A stretch of DNA of 35,481 bases, from positions 1 to 35,481 of the forward strand of contig PLCF01000043.1 of NCBI GenBank assembly GCA_003135555.1. Reading direction: 5' to 3'. The stretch's first letter is position 1. Every line of letters starts with the position of its first letter. A program made the position numbers and the translations under genes. Under the pieces are notes generated by a model. The model was not told the origin of the DNA and did no database searches. It saw only the letters and a program-made list of their open reading frames with translations. The DNA is from Vulcanimicrobiota bacterium. GTDB taxonomy: Bacteria > Vulcanimicrobiota > Vulcanimicrobiia > Vulcanimicrobiales > Vulcanimicrobiaceae. Below, piece by piece: positions 1 to 11,435 of this stretch.

Positions 1-38
1 ACATTTCTACTTGGGGCCGATACGCGCACGTTCTTCGC

Positions 39-68
39 TTGACGCGCGCGGTGGGGTTCTGGTACTGT
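39..68 (+). promoter_or_regulatory. sigma70-type promoter for met leader/operon
   Basis: TTGACG (39-44), 18 nt spacer, TACTGT (63-68) preceded by extended -10 TG (60-61); predicted TSS ~75, just before ATG at 78. Confidence 0.6.
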
Positions 69-77
69 GGCCCGACA

Positions 78-152
78 ATGAACGGACGCTGTATGGCGAT
101 TATGGCGATGTGTGCCTCCCGCGAGGGACGGTGTAGATCGTCGTCGCCCTGA
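78..152 (+). CDS. Met/Cys-rich attenuator leader peptide MNGRCMAIMAMCASREGRCRSSSP (24 aa)
   Basis: Hand-translated; 4 Met and 3 Cys (all TGT); directly upstream of a terminator and metY; 121-136 is complementary (14/16) to 169-184. Confidence 0.75.
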   Translation: MNGRCMAIMAMCASREGRCRSSSP

Positions 153-175
153 CCAGGCGGACGACAGACTACAGC

Positions 176-208
176 GGCCCTCGCCACTCGGCGGGGGCCT
201 TTTCGTTT
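176..208 (+). terminator. attenuator terminator upstream of metY
   Basis: GGCCCTCGCC-actc-GGCGGGGGCC stem (one G-U pair) followed by TTTTCGTTT. Confidence 0.85.
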
Positions 209-240
209 CCCACCCCCCTCTGCGCTCGACGCATTCGTGA

Positions 241-2641
<2,401 letters not shown>

Positions 2642-2645
<4 letters not shown>

Positions 2646-3649
2646 CCGAACGCGTTTTTCAGACCGCCCGGCACACGAGCACGTATCTCGAGAGCGGGCC
2701 GCCGGAGGGACCGCTCATGATCTTCGTGCACGGCTGGCCGGCGTTGTCGATCATGTGGCGCGCGCAGCTCGGGCATTTCGGCGCGCTGGGGTACCGCTGC
2801 GTCGCGCCGGACATGCGCGGCTACGGCGGCTCGAGCGTGCCGGCGCGTGCGGAGGACTATGCGCTCGAGGCGATCGTCGAAGACATGGTCGAGCTGCAAC
2901 GCGGGCTCGGAGCCGAGCGCGCGATTTGGGTCGGCCACGACTGGGGCGGTCCGGTCGTCTGGGCGCTGGCGGGGCATCATCCTGAGCTGTGCCGCGGCGC
3001 GGTGAGCTTGTGCGTCCCGTATTTCGCGCGAGGTTTCGCGCCGGATACGCTCGTGCCGCTGGTCGACCGCACGATCTACCCCGAACCAAAGTATCCCGCT
3101 GGTCAATGGGACTACCAGCTGTTCTACCAGACGTCGTTCGAGGCGGCGACCGCGGCGTTCGAAGCCGATCTGCCGGCCACGTTCAAGGCGTTGTTTCGGC
3201 GTGGCGACGTACGGGAGAAGGGCCGGCCCGCGCTCACAGCGCGGATCAATCGTGACGGCGGCTGGTTCGGCGGCGCCGGGCGCGCGCCCGATCTTCCCCG
3301 CGACCCTGCGGTCCTCTCGGAGGACGATCTGGCGCGCTACGTCGCCGCGTTCGAGCGTACGGGATTCTGGGGAGCCGACGCCTGGTACGTCAATCCCGCG
3401 CGCAACATGGGCTATGCGGCCCGCGCGCTTGACGGCGGGACGCTGCACTTGCCGGTGCTGTTCCTGCACGCCGCCTACGATGCCATCTGCGAAACGGTCG
3501 ACTCGCGCATGGCCGAACCGATGCGCCGCGATTGCCGCGATCTCACCGAGCACGTTCTCGAGACCGGGCACTGGATGGCGGCCGAGCAGCCCGCGCAGGT
3601 CAATGCGGCGCTCGAGACCTGGCTCGCCGCGAAACACAAGGCTTGGTAA
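2642..3649 (+). CDS. alpha/beta hydrolase, epoxide hydrolase-like (335 aa; start GTG 2642, not 1670)
   Basis: HGWP, PDMRGYG, GHDWGG nucleophile Asp, C-terminal TGHW; GTGA overlap with metX stop. Confidence 0.88.
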
Positions 3650-3654
3650 ACCTC

Positions 3655-3683
3655 TTGCGCCGGCGCCTCAGGCATGGTAGGGT
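3655..3683 (+). promoter_or_regulatory. sigma70-type promoter for thr leader/hom
   Basis: TTGCGC (3655-3660), 17 nt spacer, TAGGGT (3678-3683) with TG at 3675-3676. Confidence 0.5.
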
Positions 3684-3692
3684 CGTCCAACG

Positions 3693-3773
3693 ATGGCCGC
3701 GATCAGCATGATCACGACGACGACGATCACGACTACCCTCGGCGAGGGCAGGTCTGGATTGACGTCGGCGTAA
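3693..3773 (+). CDS. thrL: Thr/Ile attenuator leader peptide MAAISMITTTTITTTLGEGRSGLTSA (26 aa)
   Basis: 8 Thr and 3 Ile, composition like enterobacterial ThrL; upstream of hom; CGGCGAGGGC (3740-3749) complementary to terminator 5' arm (3799-3808). Confidence 0.9.
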   Translation: MAAISMITTTTITTTLGEGRSGLTSA

Positions 3774-3796
3774 CGCAGCCGACTAGAAACAGATCG

Positions 3797-3827
3797 AGGC
3801 CCTCGCCGCTGCGGCGAGGGCCTTTTT
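3797..3827 (+). terminator. attenuator terminator upstream of hom
   Basis: AGGCCCTCGCCG-ctg-CGGCGAGGGCCT perfect 12-bp stem followed by TTTT. Confidence 0.9.
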
Positions 3828-3874
3828 CATTCCCTCGCCCGTTCTTACCGATACTCTAGACCATGGAGGCCCCA

Positions 3875-5062
3875 GTGCAGGCTCTACCGCGCGTCCTCTG
3901 CTCGTCCGAAGCGTCATCCCCCGCGATGCCGCCCACGACCACGCGCGCGCAGGGCGTCGGCCTGCTGGGTTGCGGCACCGTCGGATCGGGCGTCGCGCGC
4001 CGCCTGCTGGCTTCGCATCCCGGGCTGATCCGCGCGATCGCGGTCCGCGATCCGCGCAAGCCGCGCGACGTGGCCTGGGACGATTTCGCGAGCGACGCCT
4101 TCGACGTCGTCGACGATCCCGGGGTGCGGGTCGTGGTGGAGTGTATCGGCGGCCTGGGGCTGGCACGCGAGCTGGTCCTGCGCGCGATCGCGCGCGGTAA
4201 GGACGTGGTCACCGCCAACAAGGATCTCATCGCGACCGAAGGACCGTGGCTGGCGGCCTTCGCGGCGCGCACCGGGGCGTCGCTGCGTTACGAAGCCGCG
4301 GTAGGCGGGGCGATACCGATCGTGCGCGCGCTGCACGGTTCGCTCGCCAACGAGGACGTCATCGAGATCGGCGGCGTTCTCAACGGCACGACCAATTTCG
4401 TCCTCGACGCGATGGAAGCCGGCGCGGAGTACGCCGACGCGCTCGCCGAAGCGCAGCGGCTCGGCTTCGCGGAGGCCGATCCGCGCAGCGACGTCGACGG
4501 ACACGATGCCGCGCACAAGCTCGCGATCCTCGCCGGCCTCGCTTTCCGCCGGCCCTCCGTCTCGCCGGCGCTGGCGCGGCGGGGAATCGGTGCGATCTCA
4601 CGCGACGACGTGCGCGCGGGCGCCGAGCGCGGATTGCGGTTGAAGCTCGTCGCCGTCGCTCGGCGCGCCGGTGATGCGATCGAAGCGGGCGTGACGCCCG
4701 CGTACGTCGCCGACGACCATCCGTTTGCGCGGGCGCGCGGCGCAGAGAACGTCGTGCGCGTGCTCGGGCGCGGTTGCGGCACGCTGGTGTTTTCGGGCGC
4801 GGGCGCGGGCGGCGACGCCACCGCGTCTTCGGTGGTCGCCGACGTGCTCGCAGCGCTGAGCGAGCGCGAGCGCTTGGTCGCATTCAACGGGGCCGACCTC
4901 GTAGCGCGGCCGTTGCGCATCCCGCTGCTGGTGCGTTTTGCCGAGGGCAGCGTGATCACCAGCGATGCGGTTTCGCTCGACGCCCTGGAAGCAGCTGCTC
5001 GCGGGTTCGGCGGCCGGGGCGTGGTGCGGTCGGTCATTCCGGTCTGGCGCGACGCCGCGTAG
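3875..5062 (+). CDS. hom: homoserine dehydrogenase
   Basis: GCGTVG Rossmann motif, VVTANK, YEAAVGGAIP, LNGTTNF, AQRLGFAEADP, GAGAGGDATAS; GTG 3875 follows GGAGG (ATG 3863 is an alternative start). Confidence 0.93.
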   Translation: MQALPRVLCSSEASSPAMPPTTTRAQGVGLLGCGTVGSGVARRLLASHPGLIRAIAVRDPRKPRDVAWDDFASDAFDVVDDPGVRVVVECIGGLGLARELVLRAIARGKDVVTANKDLIATEGPWLAAFAARTGASLRYEAAVGGAIPIVRALHGSLANEDVIEIGGVLNGTTNFVLDAMEAGAEYADALAEAQRLGFAEADPRSDVDGHDAAHKLAILAGLAFRRPSVSPALARRGIGAISRDDVRAGAERGLRLKLVAVARRAGDAIEAGVTPAYVADDHPFARARGAENVVRVLGRGCGTLVFSGAGAGGDATASSVVADVLAALSERERLVAFNGADLVARPLRIPLLVRFAEGSVITSDAVSLDALEAAARGFGGRGVVRSVIPVWRDAA

Positions 5063-5139
5063 CCGTGTGATGTTCGTCTCCGCTCGAAAACGGGAATAAG
5101 GCAAGTTACACCGGGGCGGAACGAAAGGACTACGAAGCG

Positions 5140-5805
5140 ATGAAGCGCCACACCGCGACGCGCGGGTTGGCGGCGCTGGCGCTCGGCACCGCATTGTGCG
5201 CGACTGCCGGCGCGCCGGGCACCGCCGCAGCAGACTCGATCCCCAGCGCGGGACGCCTGCTGGCGCTCGTCTGCACCGGCGACACGGGACTCGACTCGTA
5301 CACGGTACCGGTGCACATCGACGTGCGCGTGCGCAAGGTCTTCACCTTTCACCTGGGCCTCAACGGGATGGAGTACTTCAAGCGGCCCAACAAGCTGGCG
5401 CTGGAGATGCCGCGGATCCCCGACCAATCGCGCAAAGTCTTCGGCGAGCTCGGCACGCCGTTGAGCTGGCCCGCACAGTACGACATGAACGTCGCCGGAA
5501 CGACGGTCGCCGACGGCCGCACGACCTACCATTTGCGCGGCGTCCCCAAGCGCGCCGGTAACGTCGACGAGATGCTGGTTGATCTCGACGGTGATCCGGC
5601 AGCGCCCATGCACGTGCAGTGGCTGATGCACGACCGCAGCACGATCGCGATGACGCTGCGCTCCGCGTTCGACGGGACGCACGAGTTGCCCAAGCACGCC
5701 GACCTCGACCTGGTGGCCGGCGGCTACAAGATTCACGCGGCGATCGACTACGGCGCCTACACGGTGAACGAAGCCGTCGCCGACTCGGTGTTCACCGGCG
5801 TCTGA
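5140..5805 (+). CDS. exported hypothetical protein (possibly LolA-like beta fold)
   Basis: RBS AAAGGA, N-terminal signal peptide, GC3-rich codons; fold is a guess from FKRPNKL and the beta-strand pattern. Confidence 0.7.
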   Translation: MKRHTATRGLAALALGTALCATAGAPGTAAADSIPSAGRLLALVCTGDTGLDSYTVPVHIDVRVRKVFTFHLGLNGMEYFKRPNKLALEMPRIPDQSRKVFGELGTPLSWPAQYDMNVAGTTVADGRTTYHLRGVPKRAGNVDEMLVDLDGDPAAPMHVQWLMHDRSTIAMTLRSAFDGTHELPKHADLDLVAGGYKIHAAIDYGAYTVNEAVADSVFTGV

Positions 5806-5808
5806 CGG

Positions 5809-7392
5809 TCAAACCGCCGCGGCGGCCAACAGCGGCTCGTCCGCGACGACGCGGTTGCGTCCCATCGTCTTGGCGATGTAGAGCGCGCTGCTCGCGCGCC
5901 GCATGACCTCGCCGCCGTCGCCGTGGGCCTCGGGCACGACCGACGCGACGCCGATGCTGACGCTGAGGCGTTTAGCGGCGACGCCGCCGTGTGCGATCTC
6001 GAGGCCGGCGACCGCGTCGCGCACGCGGCCCGCGATCACCTGTGCGCCGCTCAGATCCGTGTCGGGAAGCAGGAGCAAGAACTCCTCGCCGCCGTACCGG
6101 CCGGCTAGGTCCGCACCGCGCGCGGCGTGCGGGCTCACCGACCCCGCGATGCGCCGCAGCACGTCGTCGCCCGCGTGGTGCCCGTAGGTTTCGTTGTAGC
6201 TGCGGAAGTGATCGATGTCGATGAGGACGGCCGCGAACGGCGAGCGCGCGCGAGCCGCTCGGTTCCAGCCCCGCGCCAGCGCATCGTCGAGCGTGGCCCG
6301 ATTCGCGATCCCGGTGAGCCCGTCGAGGTGCGCGACGAGCGCCGGGCGGCCGCGCTCGCGTGCGGCGCCGCGCAGCTGCACGAGGAGCGCGAATGGGAGG
6401 AGCAGCGCTGCGGCGGCGTTGCCGATCGACGGCGCCGCCGCAAGCGCGGCCGAGCCCGGGGCGAGAACCGCGGTCAGCGCGCCCAGCGCGGCGAGCGCGG
6501 TACCGGCCAAGAAGTACGGCGCGCCGGCGACCCGGCGGCGCTGAGCGACCGCGCCCAGCGCGACGTAGCTCGCATAGAGTGCGACGAGGATAGCCGGCGA
6601 AACGGCGTCCGGCAGCGGCCAGAGATCTTGCATCACGTCGCCGCCGGCGACTGCGACGCCGTTGAGCGCGGTGAGCGCCCACAAGCCGCGCGTGACCAAG
6701 CGCTCCGGCGCCGCGCCGCGCAGGTACGTCAGCGTACATGCGGCGAGGCTGACGAGCACGAGCGCTTGCAGCAGTGCGTGCAGCGGCTGGCTGACCTCGG
6801 GCGGCGGGCGCACGATCCCTAGCCAAGGGATCAGCAGCGCGGCTTGACCCGCGGTCGCGGCGGCGTACCACGCCAACGCCGAGGACCGCAGCGCGCGCGC
6901 GGCCACGGCGAGCGCGACCGCCAACGCGGCGAAAACCCCGCAGAACAGGGCGTACCACCAGGTGCGCCAACCGATCGCGGCGAGCGCCTCGGTGGGCAGC
7001 AGATAGGGCGGCGCGGCAGAACTGACCGTCGTCGCGGTCAACTCGATCCGGTCGGCTCCCCAGGCGTCGTCCGGCAGCCGCAGCCCCAGCAGATGGCCGG
7101 GAAGGTCGGCGCTCGCGGCGATGGTCTGGCGGCGGTCGGCCGGCCCGACGACGGTGACGACGAGGTCGCGCACGTACCAGGGCGTGCCGATGTAGAGCGC
7201 GGTGCCGTCGGTGCGCGGGACGCGGAAGGCAGCGCGCAACGTGACCGGCCGCAACACCGACGCGGGCGGCGCGTCGGCGGCGAGCGGGGCGCCGATCGCC
7301 GCAAGCGGCGGCTGGGCCTGTGCGTCAGCGAGCGAGGCCGTTGGAAGAAATGCGGCTGCGAACGCGGCCAGGGCCGCGGCGCGAGGGCTCAC
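5809..7392 (-). CDS. membrane-bound diguanylate cyclase (signal peptide, extracellular domain, ~7 TM, GGDEF)
   Basis: DGLTGIANR, IDIDHFRSYNETYGH, GRYGGEEF, ALYIAKTMGRNRV; multiple hydrophobic helices. Confidence 0.9.
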   Translation of the reverse strand: MSPRAAALAAFAAAFLPTASLADAQAQPPLAAIGAPLAADAPPASVLRPVTLRAAFRVPRTDGTALYIGTPWYVRDLVVTVVGPADRRQTIAASADLPGHLLGLRLPDDAWGADRIELTATTVSSAAPPYLLPTEALAAIGWRTWWYALFCGVFAALAVALAVAARALRSSALAWYAAATAGQAALLIPWLGIVRPPPEVSQPLHALLQALVLVSLAACTLTYLRGAAPERLVTRGLWALTALNGVAVAGGDVMQDLWPLPDAVSPAILVALYASYVALGAVAQRRRVAGAPYFLAGTALAALGALTAVLAPGSAALAAAPSIGNAAAALLLPFALLVQLRGAARERGRPALVAHLDGLTGIANRATLDDALARGWNRAARARSPFAAVLIDIDHFRSYNETYGHHAGDDVLRRIAGSVSPHAARGADLAGRYGGEEFLLLLPDTDLSGAQVIAGRVRDAVAGLEIAHGGVAAKRLSVSIGVASVVPEAHGDGGEVMRRASSALYIAKTMGRNRVVADEPLLAAAAV

Positions 7393-7469
7393 GCTAGTGT
7401 TTTCGGCCCGAACCCCGCCTCTCGCGACCCCAGCAAGTGCTTTGGCGCCCGGTCGAAGAACGGCGCCGG

Positions 7470-8486
7470 GTGTCGATCCCCAACGCGCAGCGCGTTCGAA
7501 CGGTCCTGACCGGGGTCAAGCCGACCGGGAAGCCGCACCTGGGCAACTATCTGGGCGCCATGCTGCCCGCGCTCGAGCTCGCGCGCTCGCACCGGGCGCT
7601 GCTGTTCATTGCCGACTACCACGCGTTGACCGACCTCGAAGAGGCCCGCACGGTGCGGGCGGAGACCTACGAGGTTGCCGCCGCCTGGCTCGCCGCCGGG
7701 CTCGACCCCGAAAACGTGACGTTCTACCGGCAGTCGGACATCCCCGAGGTTTTCGAATTGTTCTGGCTGCTGAGCTGCGCGACACCCAAAGGGATGATGA
7801 ACCGCGCGCACGCGTACAAGGCAATGGTCGAGGCGAACATACAGCTCAAGCGCGATCCCGACTACGGCGTGGGCATGGGACTCTTCGCCTATCCGGTCCT
7901 CATGGCGTCGGACATCCTGTTGTTCGACGTCGACGTGGTGCCGGTAGGCCGGGATCAGTCACAGCACGTCGAGATGGCCCGCGACATCGCGCAGCGTTTC
8001 AACAACGAGGTCGGCGACGTGCTCAAGGTGCCGGAACTGGTGCTGGCTGCGGAGCCCGAACCGGTGCTGGGCCTCGACGGCCGCAAGATGAGCAAGTCGT
8101 ACGACAACACGATCCCGCTGTTCGCATCGCGCGACGAGCTCTGGAGGCTGCTGCGCCGCTACAAGACCGACAGCAGCGCCGCCGATGCGCCCAAGGACCC
8201 GGACGCCAACGGGCTGTTCCGCATCTACGCGGCGTTCGCCGCGCCCGCCGATGTCGTGGTGACGCGCGCGGCGCTCGCCGCCGGCGCGCTGACGTGGGGG
8301 GGCCTCAAAGAACGCACGCTCGAAGCGCTCGACGCGGTGCTGGCGCCGCTGCGCCAACGGTACCAGGCGCTACTCGAGGACACGCCGCAGATCGACCGGA
8401 TCCTCGCCGACGGGGCGCGCCGGGCGCGTCCGTTCGCCGAGGCGACCATGCGCCGAGTGCGCCGCGCGGTCGGGGTCGGCGTCTGA
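7470..8486 (+). CDS. trpS: tryptophan--tRNA ligase (start uncertain, 7437-7470)
   Basis: TGVKPTGKPHLGNY (HIGH), YPVLMASDIL, VPVGRDQSQH, KMSKS. Confidence 0.95.
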   Translation: MSIPNAQRVRTVLTGVKPTGKPHLGNYLGAMLPALELARSHRALLFIADYHALTDLEEARTVRAETYEVAAAWLAAGLDPENVTFYRQSDIPEVFELFWLLSCATPKGMMNRAHAYKAMVEANIQLKRDPDYGVGMGLFAYPVLMASDILLFDVDVVPVGRDQSQHVEMARDIAQRFNNEVGDVLKVPELVLAAEPEPVLGLDGRKMSKSYDNTIPLFASRDELWRLLRRYKTDSSAADAPKDPDANGLFRIYAAFAAPADVVVTRAALAAGALTWGGLKERTLEALDAVLAPLRQRYQALLEDTPQIDRILADGARRARPFAEATMRRVRRAVGVGV

Positions 8487-8517
8487 ACTTCCCTCGCGCG
8501 GTGCCGATAACGAGAAC

Positions 8518-8742
8518 ATGGACGCCAGGACGTCGTCGCTCCCACCGGAGCTGCGAAGGCCCGTCAAAGGACTCCGCGCCGCGGCGGATCGCCTCATGCT
8601 ATGGGACCGTTGGGAACTGCAGCAGTGGGTAGAGGCGACGCGCTCGCGCGGCCTGGCGTTTCTCACCCTCGACGCCGAGGTTCAGCGGCGCATCATCGCC
8701 GCGATCGACGAACCGATCGCGGCGGTCGCGGTAGCCTCCTAG
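8518..8742 (+). CDS. small hypothetical protein (74 aa)
   Basis: ATG start, host-like codon usage, fills the gap after trpS. Confidence 0.55.
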   Translation: MDARTSSLPPELRRPVKGLRAAADRLMLWDRWELQQWVEATRSRGLAFLTLDAEVQRRIIAAIDEPIAAVAVAS

Positions 8743-8942
8743 CCCGTACGCGCGATCGCGGCGGAGTCGCCGCCGTCGTGCTCGAGCCCCCACGGGTTTC
8801 GCGCCGCCTCGGCTACCGCCGCGTCGAGCGCCCGTTCGGCGTTGAGCGGGCAGTTGCAGCGTGCCGGCCCGTCGCCGCCGCAGCCGTATTCCCCATGCCG
8901 GTCGAGCGCGTGCGCGCACGGGCACATCACCAAGTATTTCAC
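8739..8942 (-). CDS. small Cys/His-rich hypothetical protein (67 aa)
   Basis: CPC-x-H-x4-H-x4-C-x7-CNC pattern; G-rich RBS-like sequence upstream of GTG. Confidence 0.6.
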   Translation of the reverse strand: MKYLVMCPCAHALDRHGEYGCGGDGPARCNCPLNAERALDAAVAEAARNPWGLEHDGGDSAAIARTG

Positions 8943-9068
8943 GCCAATCGCCCCCCGTCGTACAAAGCGATCATGGCCAGGTTATAGCGTGCGACCGGCG
9001 CCTCGTCGCGTCGCTAACGTACGCCCCGAGACGGGAATTTCGGCCCTAACGACGAGGACGTTCGGTCC

Positions 9069-9470
9069 GTGCGACGTACGCTCGGGTTGGTGGCGCGCCG
9101 TCCGGGTCTGACGATCACCGAGCTTCAGCAGCAGATCTTCGATCGTGAGGGGTTTCGGGTCTCGTTCGAGCGGCTCGGCGCGGCCAAGGACGAGCTGCCG
9201 CCCTACGACTTCGCGGTAATGGCGCCCACCGCTTGGAAGGTCAGCGACTGGCAACGGATCCGGTTGGCGCGCTACGTGCTGCTGTTCCGAGGCGTCACCG
9301 TGTATCGCGGGGACGACACGCCGCTGGCGCGCGACGTGAAGCTCGGGCACTTGCGCGATTCATACTACGAAGCGCAGTACGGCACGCTCAGCCCCGAGAC
9401 GCCCGACAACGTCGTCAACATCGACACCGCGAAAAGCGCGCCGCGCCACCGCCGCAACCGCACGGAGTAG
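9069..9470 (+). CDS. hypothetical protein (133 aa)
   Basis: RBS GAGGA upstream of GTG; host-like codon usage. Confidence 0.7.
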   Translation: MRRTLGLVARRPGLTITELQQQIFDREGFRVSFERLGAAKDELPPYDFAVMAPTAWKVSDWQRIRLARYVLLFRGVTVYRGDDTPLARDVKLGHLRDSYYEAQYGTLSPETPDNVVNIDTAKSAPRHRRNRTE

Positions 9471-9472
9471 CG

Positions 9473-11266
9473 CTACGGCAGCGAGTGATCGACGATTTCG
9501 ATCACCGATACGTCGTCGTAGAGCGCTTGACCGCCGGCGGCGACTTGGACCTTGACGCGGGCGGGTACGGCTGCCGCGCCACGGTTGGGAGAGCCGGCCG
9601 CGAAAACGTACTCCCACTCGCCGCTTCCCGAGTGCGCCGCGTTTGCGAAGTCGGTCCACGTGTCGGTGGTCTGTAAGCGCACCGTCGCGCCGGGCGTGCT
9701 CGACTTCACCCACGCGCCGGCGCCGTAGCTCTTGGAACCGTCCAGCGCGAGACCCGCGCAGCTGATCCACGTCTCGCCATTCGATGCGTCGACCTTCAGA
9801 CTCTGATTTCCGGGCGTGCTGAAACGCATCTGATTCGCGAGCGCGGCGGGGTCGGCCGGTGTCGCCGCGACGGTGCCGGCACCGTCGCGTATCCAGCCGG
9901 TCGGAACGCCGCCGGTCCAGTCTTCGAAACCGGCGTTGGCGACGGCCACCGCCGGCGGGCTATCGCGCGCGAGCTCGCGCAGCACGCGTTGGGTGATCCA
10001 ATCCACGGGGGTCGAGTCGCCGCCGCCGCTGAGCCCGCCGACCCAGTTCACCGTACCGCCCGTGAACGCGATGCCGTTGCGCTGATACAGGCCCATCGTC
10101 GCGCGACCCGCCTGTCCGCCCGGCCCCCAGTCGGTGAGATCCGCGTCGGCGAGCGTCGTGAAAGTACGCGGTGTCTCGGCGTCGCCGTTGACATGCGCGG
10201 CGTCCGTCTCGTAACCAAGAATCGTGTCGTCCTCGCTGGTTCCGTTACCGAACACGTTGCCGTTGGACAAACCGGTGCCGGCGTAGACCCAGTGGGATGC
10301 GTCGGTTACCGTGTAGCCGCGAAACCGTTTTAGCGGATCGATCGGATTCGGGTACCACCAGCCCGCACCGTATTTATAGCTGACGCCGGTCAGCCGGCTT
10401 TCCGGGCGCAGAACCGGGGCTTCGTACCAGCGCACGGTGACGCGCCGCGGATCGGCTCGCTGCGGATCCGGCGGTCGCTTACTGCCGTCGGGAGCCGCCT
10501 CGGTTTCTTTGTAGCAGGTCATGATGCGCCGGCCGTTCAGATCCAGCCGCACCTGCCAATAGCACGTGTTCGCGCTGAAGAACGCGACGTTGCCGCCGCC
10601 GGCGATGAACGCTTCGACTTGGTCGCGCATCTCCAGCGACCAGTACTCGTCGTGCCCCAAGCTGATGAGCAACCGGTACGGCGCAAGGATGCGCGGATCG
10701 GTGTGCAGGTCGAGGCTCGAACAGTACTCGAGGTCGATCCCGTTCGTCTCGGCCCAGCCCAGAAACGGCAGCTGATATTTCTCGTAGAGCCCGGGCACGT
10801 CATCGTAGGGACGGTCGAAGGAGATGTTCGGTACGTGCGGCTCCGTGTAGAGGCTGCGCCCGCCCCAGCCCGTGTACGCCTGCGCCGTTGCGTCGCTGAA
10901 CTTGAGCAGAATTCGCGACGTCGTCCCGGGCGCGGCCGAGCGCACGATGAACGGGATCCACGTCGAGGCGTCGCCCGACGTCAGCTTCGCGACGTAGTAG
11001 CCGCTGCCCCATTGCGGCGGAATCAGCGTGCGACACGCTTGTGCCGCGGGCCAATCGCAACCGTTGACGGCTAGTGCTGCGTCGTCTTGCGCCCCGGCGA
11101 CGTAGGCATCGCCATCGACGGTTTGCACGAGTTGGTCGACCGATGCGCGCCGATAGATCTGCATCGTGAACCGGCTATGAGCTTGATCGGCACGGACGTG
11201 AAAGTCGACCGTTTCGCCCGGTGCCGCCGAGCTGACCGAAGCGTAGCCCTCGATCGCTGCTGCCAT
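9473..11266 (-). CDS. N,N-dimethylformamidase beta-subunit family domain protein with C-terminal CBM-like domain
   Basis: IEGYAS..SAAPGETVDFHV, SGYYVAKL, SFDRPY, LGHDEYWS, FFSANTCYWQVR, GYETD; C-terminal NAGFEDW...PTGW; GGAGG RBS before ATG 11266. Confidence 0.82.
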   Translation of the reverse strand: MAAAIEGYASVSSAAPGETVDFHVRADQAHSRFTMQIYRRASVDQLVQTVDGDAYVAGAQDDAALAVNGCDWPAAQACRTLIPPQWGSGYYVAKLTSGDASTWIPFIVRSAAPGTTSRILLKFSDATAQAYTGWGGRSLYTEPHVPNISFDRPYDDVPGLYEKYQLPFLGWAETNGIDLEYCSSLDLHTDPRILAPYRLLISLGHDEYWSLEMRDQVEAFIAGGGNVAFFSANTCYWQVRLDLNGRRIMTCYKETEAAPDGSKRPPDPQRADPRRVTVRWYEAPVLRPESRLTGVSYKYGAGWWYPNPIDPLKRFRGYTVTDASHWVYAGTGLSNGNVFGNGTSEDDTILGYETDAAHVNGDAETPRTFTTLADADLTDWGPGGQAGRATMGLYQRNGIAFTGGTVNWVGGLSGGGDSTPVDWITQRVLRELARDSPPAVAVANAGFEDWTGGVPTGWIRDGAGTVAATPADPAALANQMRFSTPGNQSLKVDASNGETWISCAGLALDGSKSYGAGAWVKSSTPGATVRLQTTDTWTDFANAAHSGSGEWEYVFAAGSPNRGAAAVPARVKVQVAAGGQALYDDVSVIEIVDHSLP

Positions 11267-11435
11267 TGCGCCTCCCCCCGAGCCAGCGCGGCTCGCCATG
11301 TTTGCGTGGCCGATTCGCGGCCCGCAGCGACTCTCCCACGTGAAAAAAGTCTGAAGCCTTCGCTCAGACAAAATTCATGAAGGTCTGTCACTGTTCGCGT
11401 TGACCCGCTGACCTTTTTTACGAGGGGACCACGAG

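Noticed and set aside
60..210. SAM-I riboswitch upstream of metY
   Set aside because: GGCCCGA and GAGGGA fragments occur but in the wrong order, and no P1 ATC...GAT or GCAACC core is visible. The leader ORF plus antiterminator explains the region better. cmscan would be decisive.
3650..3860. T-box riboswitch or ACG microsatellite upstream of hom
   Set aside because: No TGGNACC T-box bulge and the region is too short; the ACG repeats are in-frame Thr codons of the leader.
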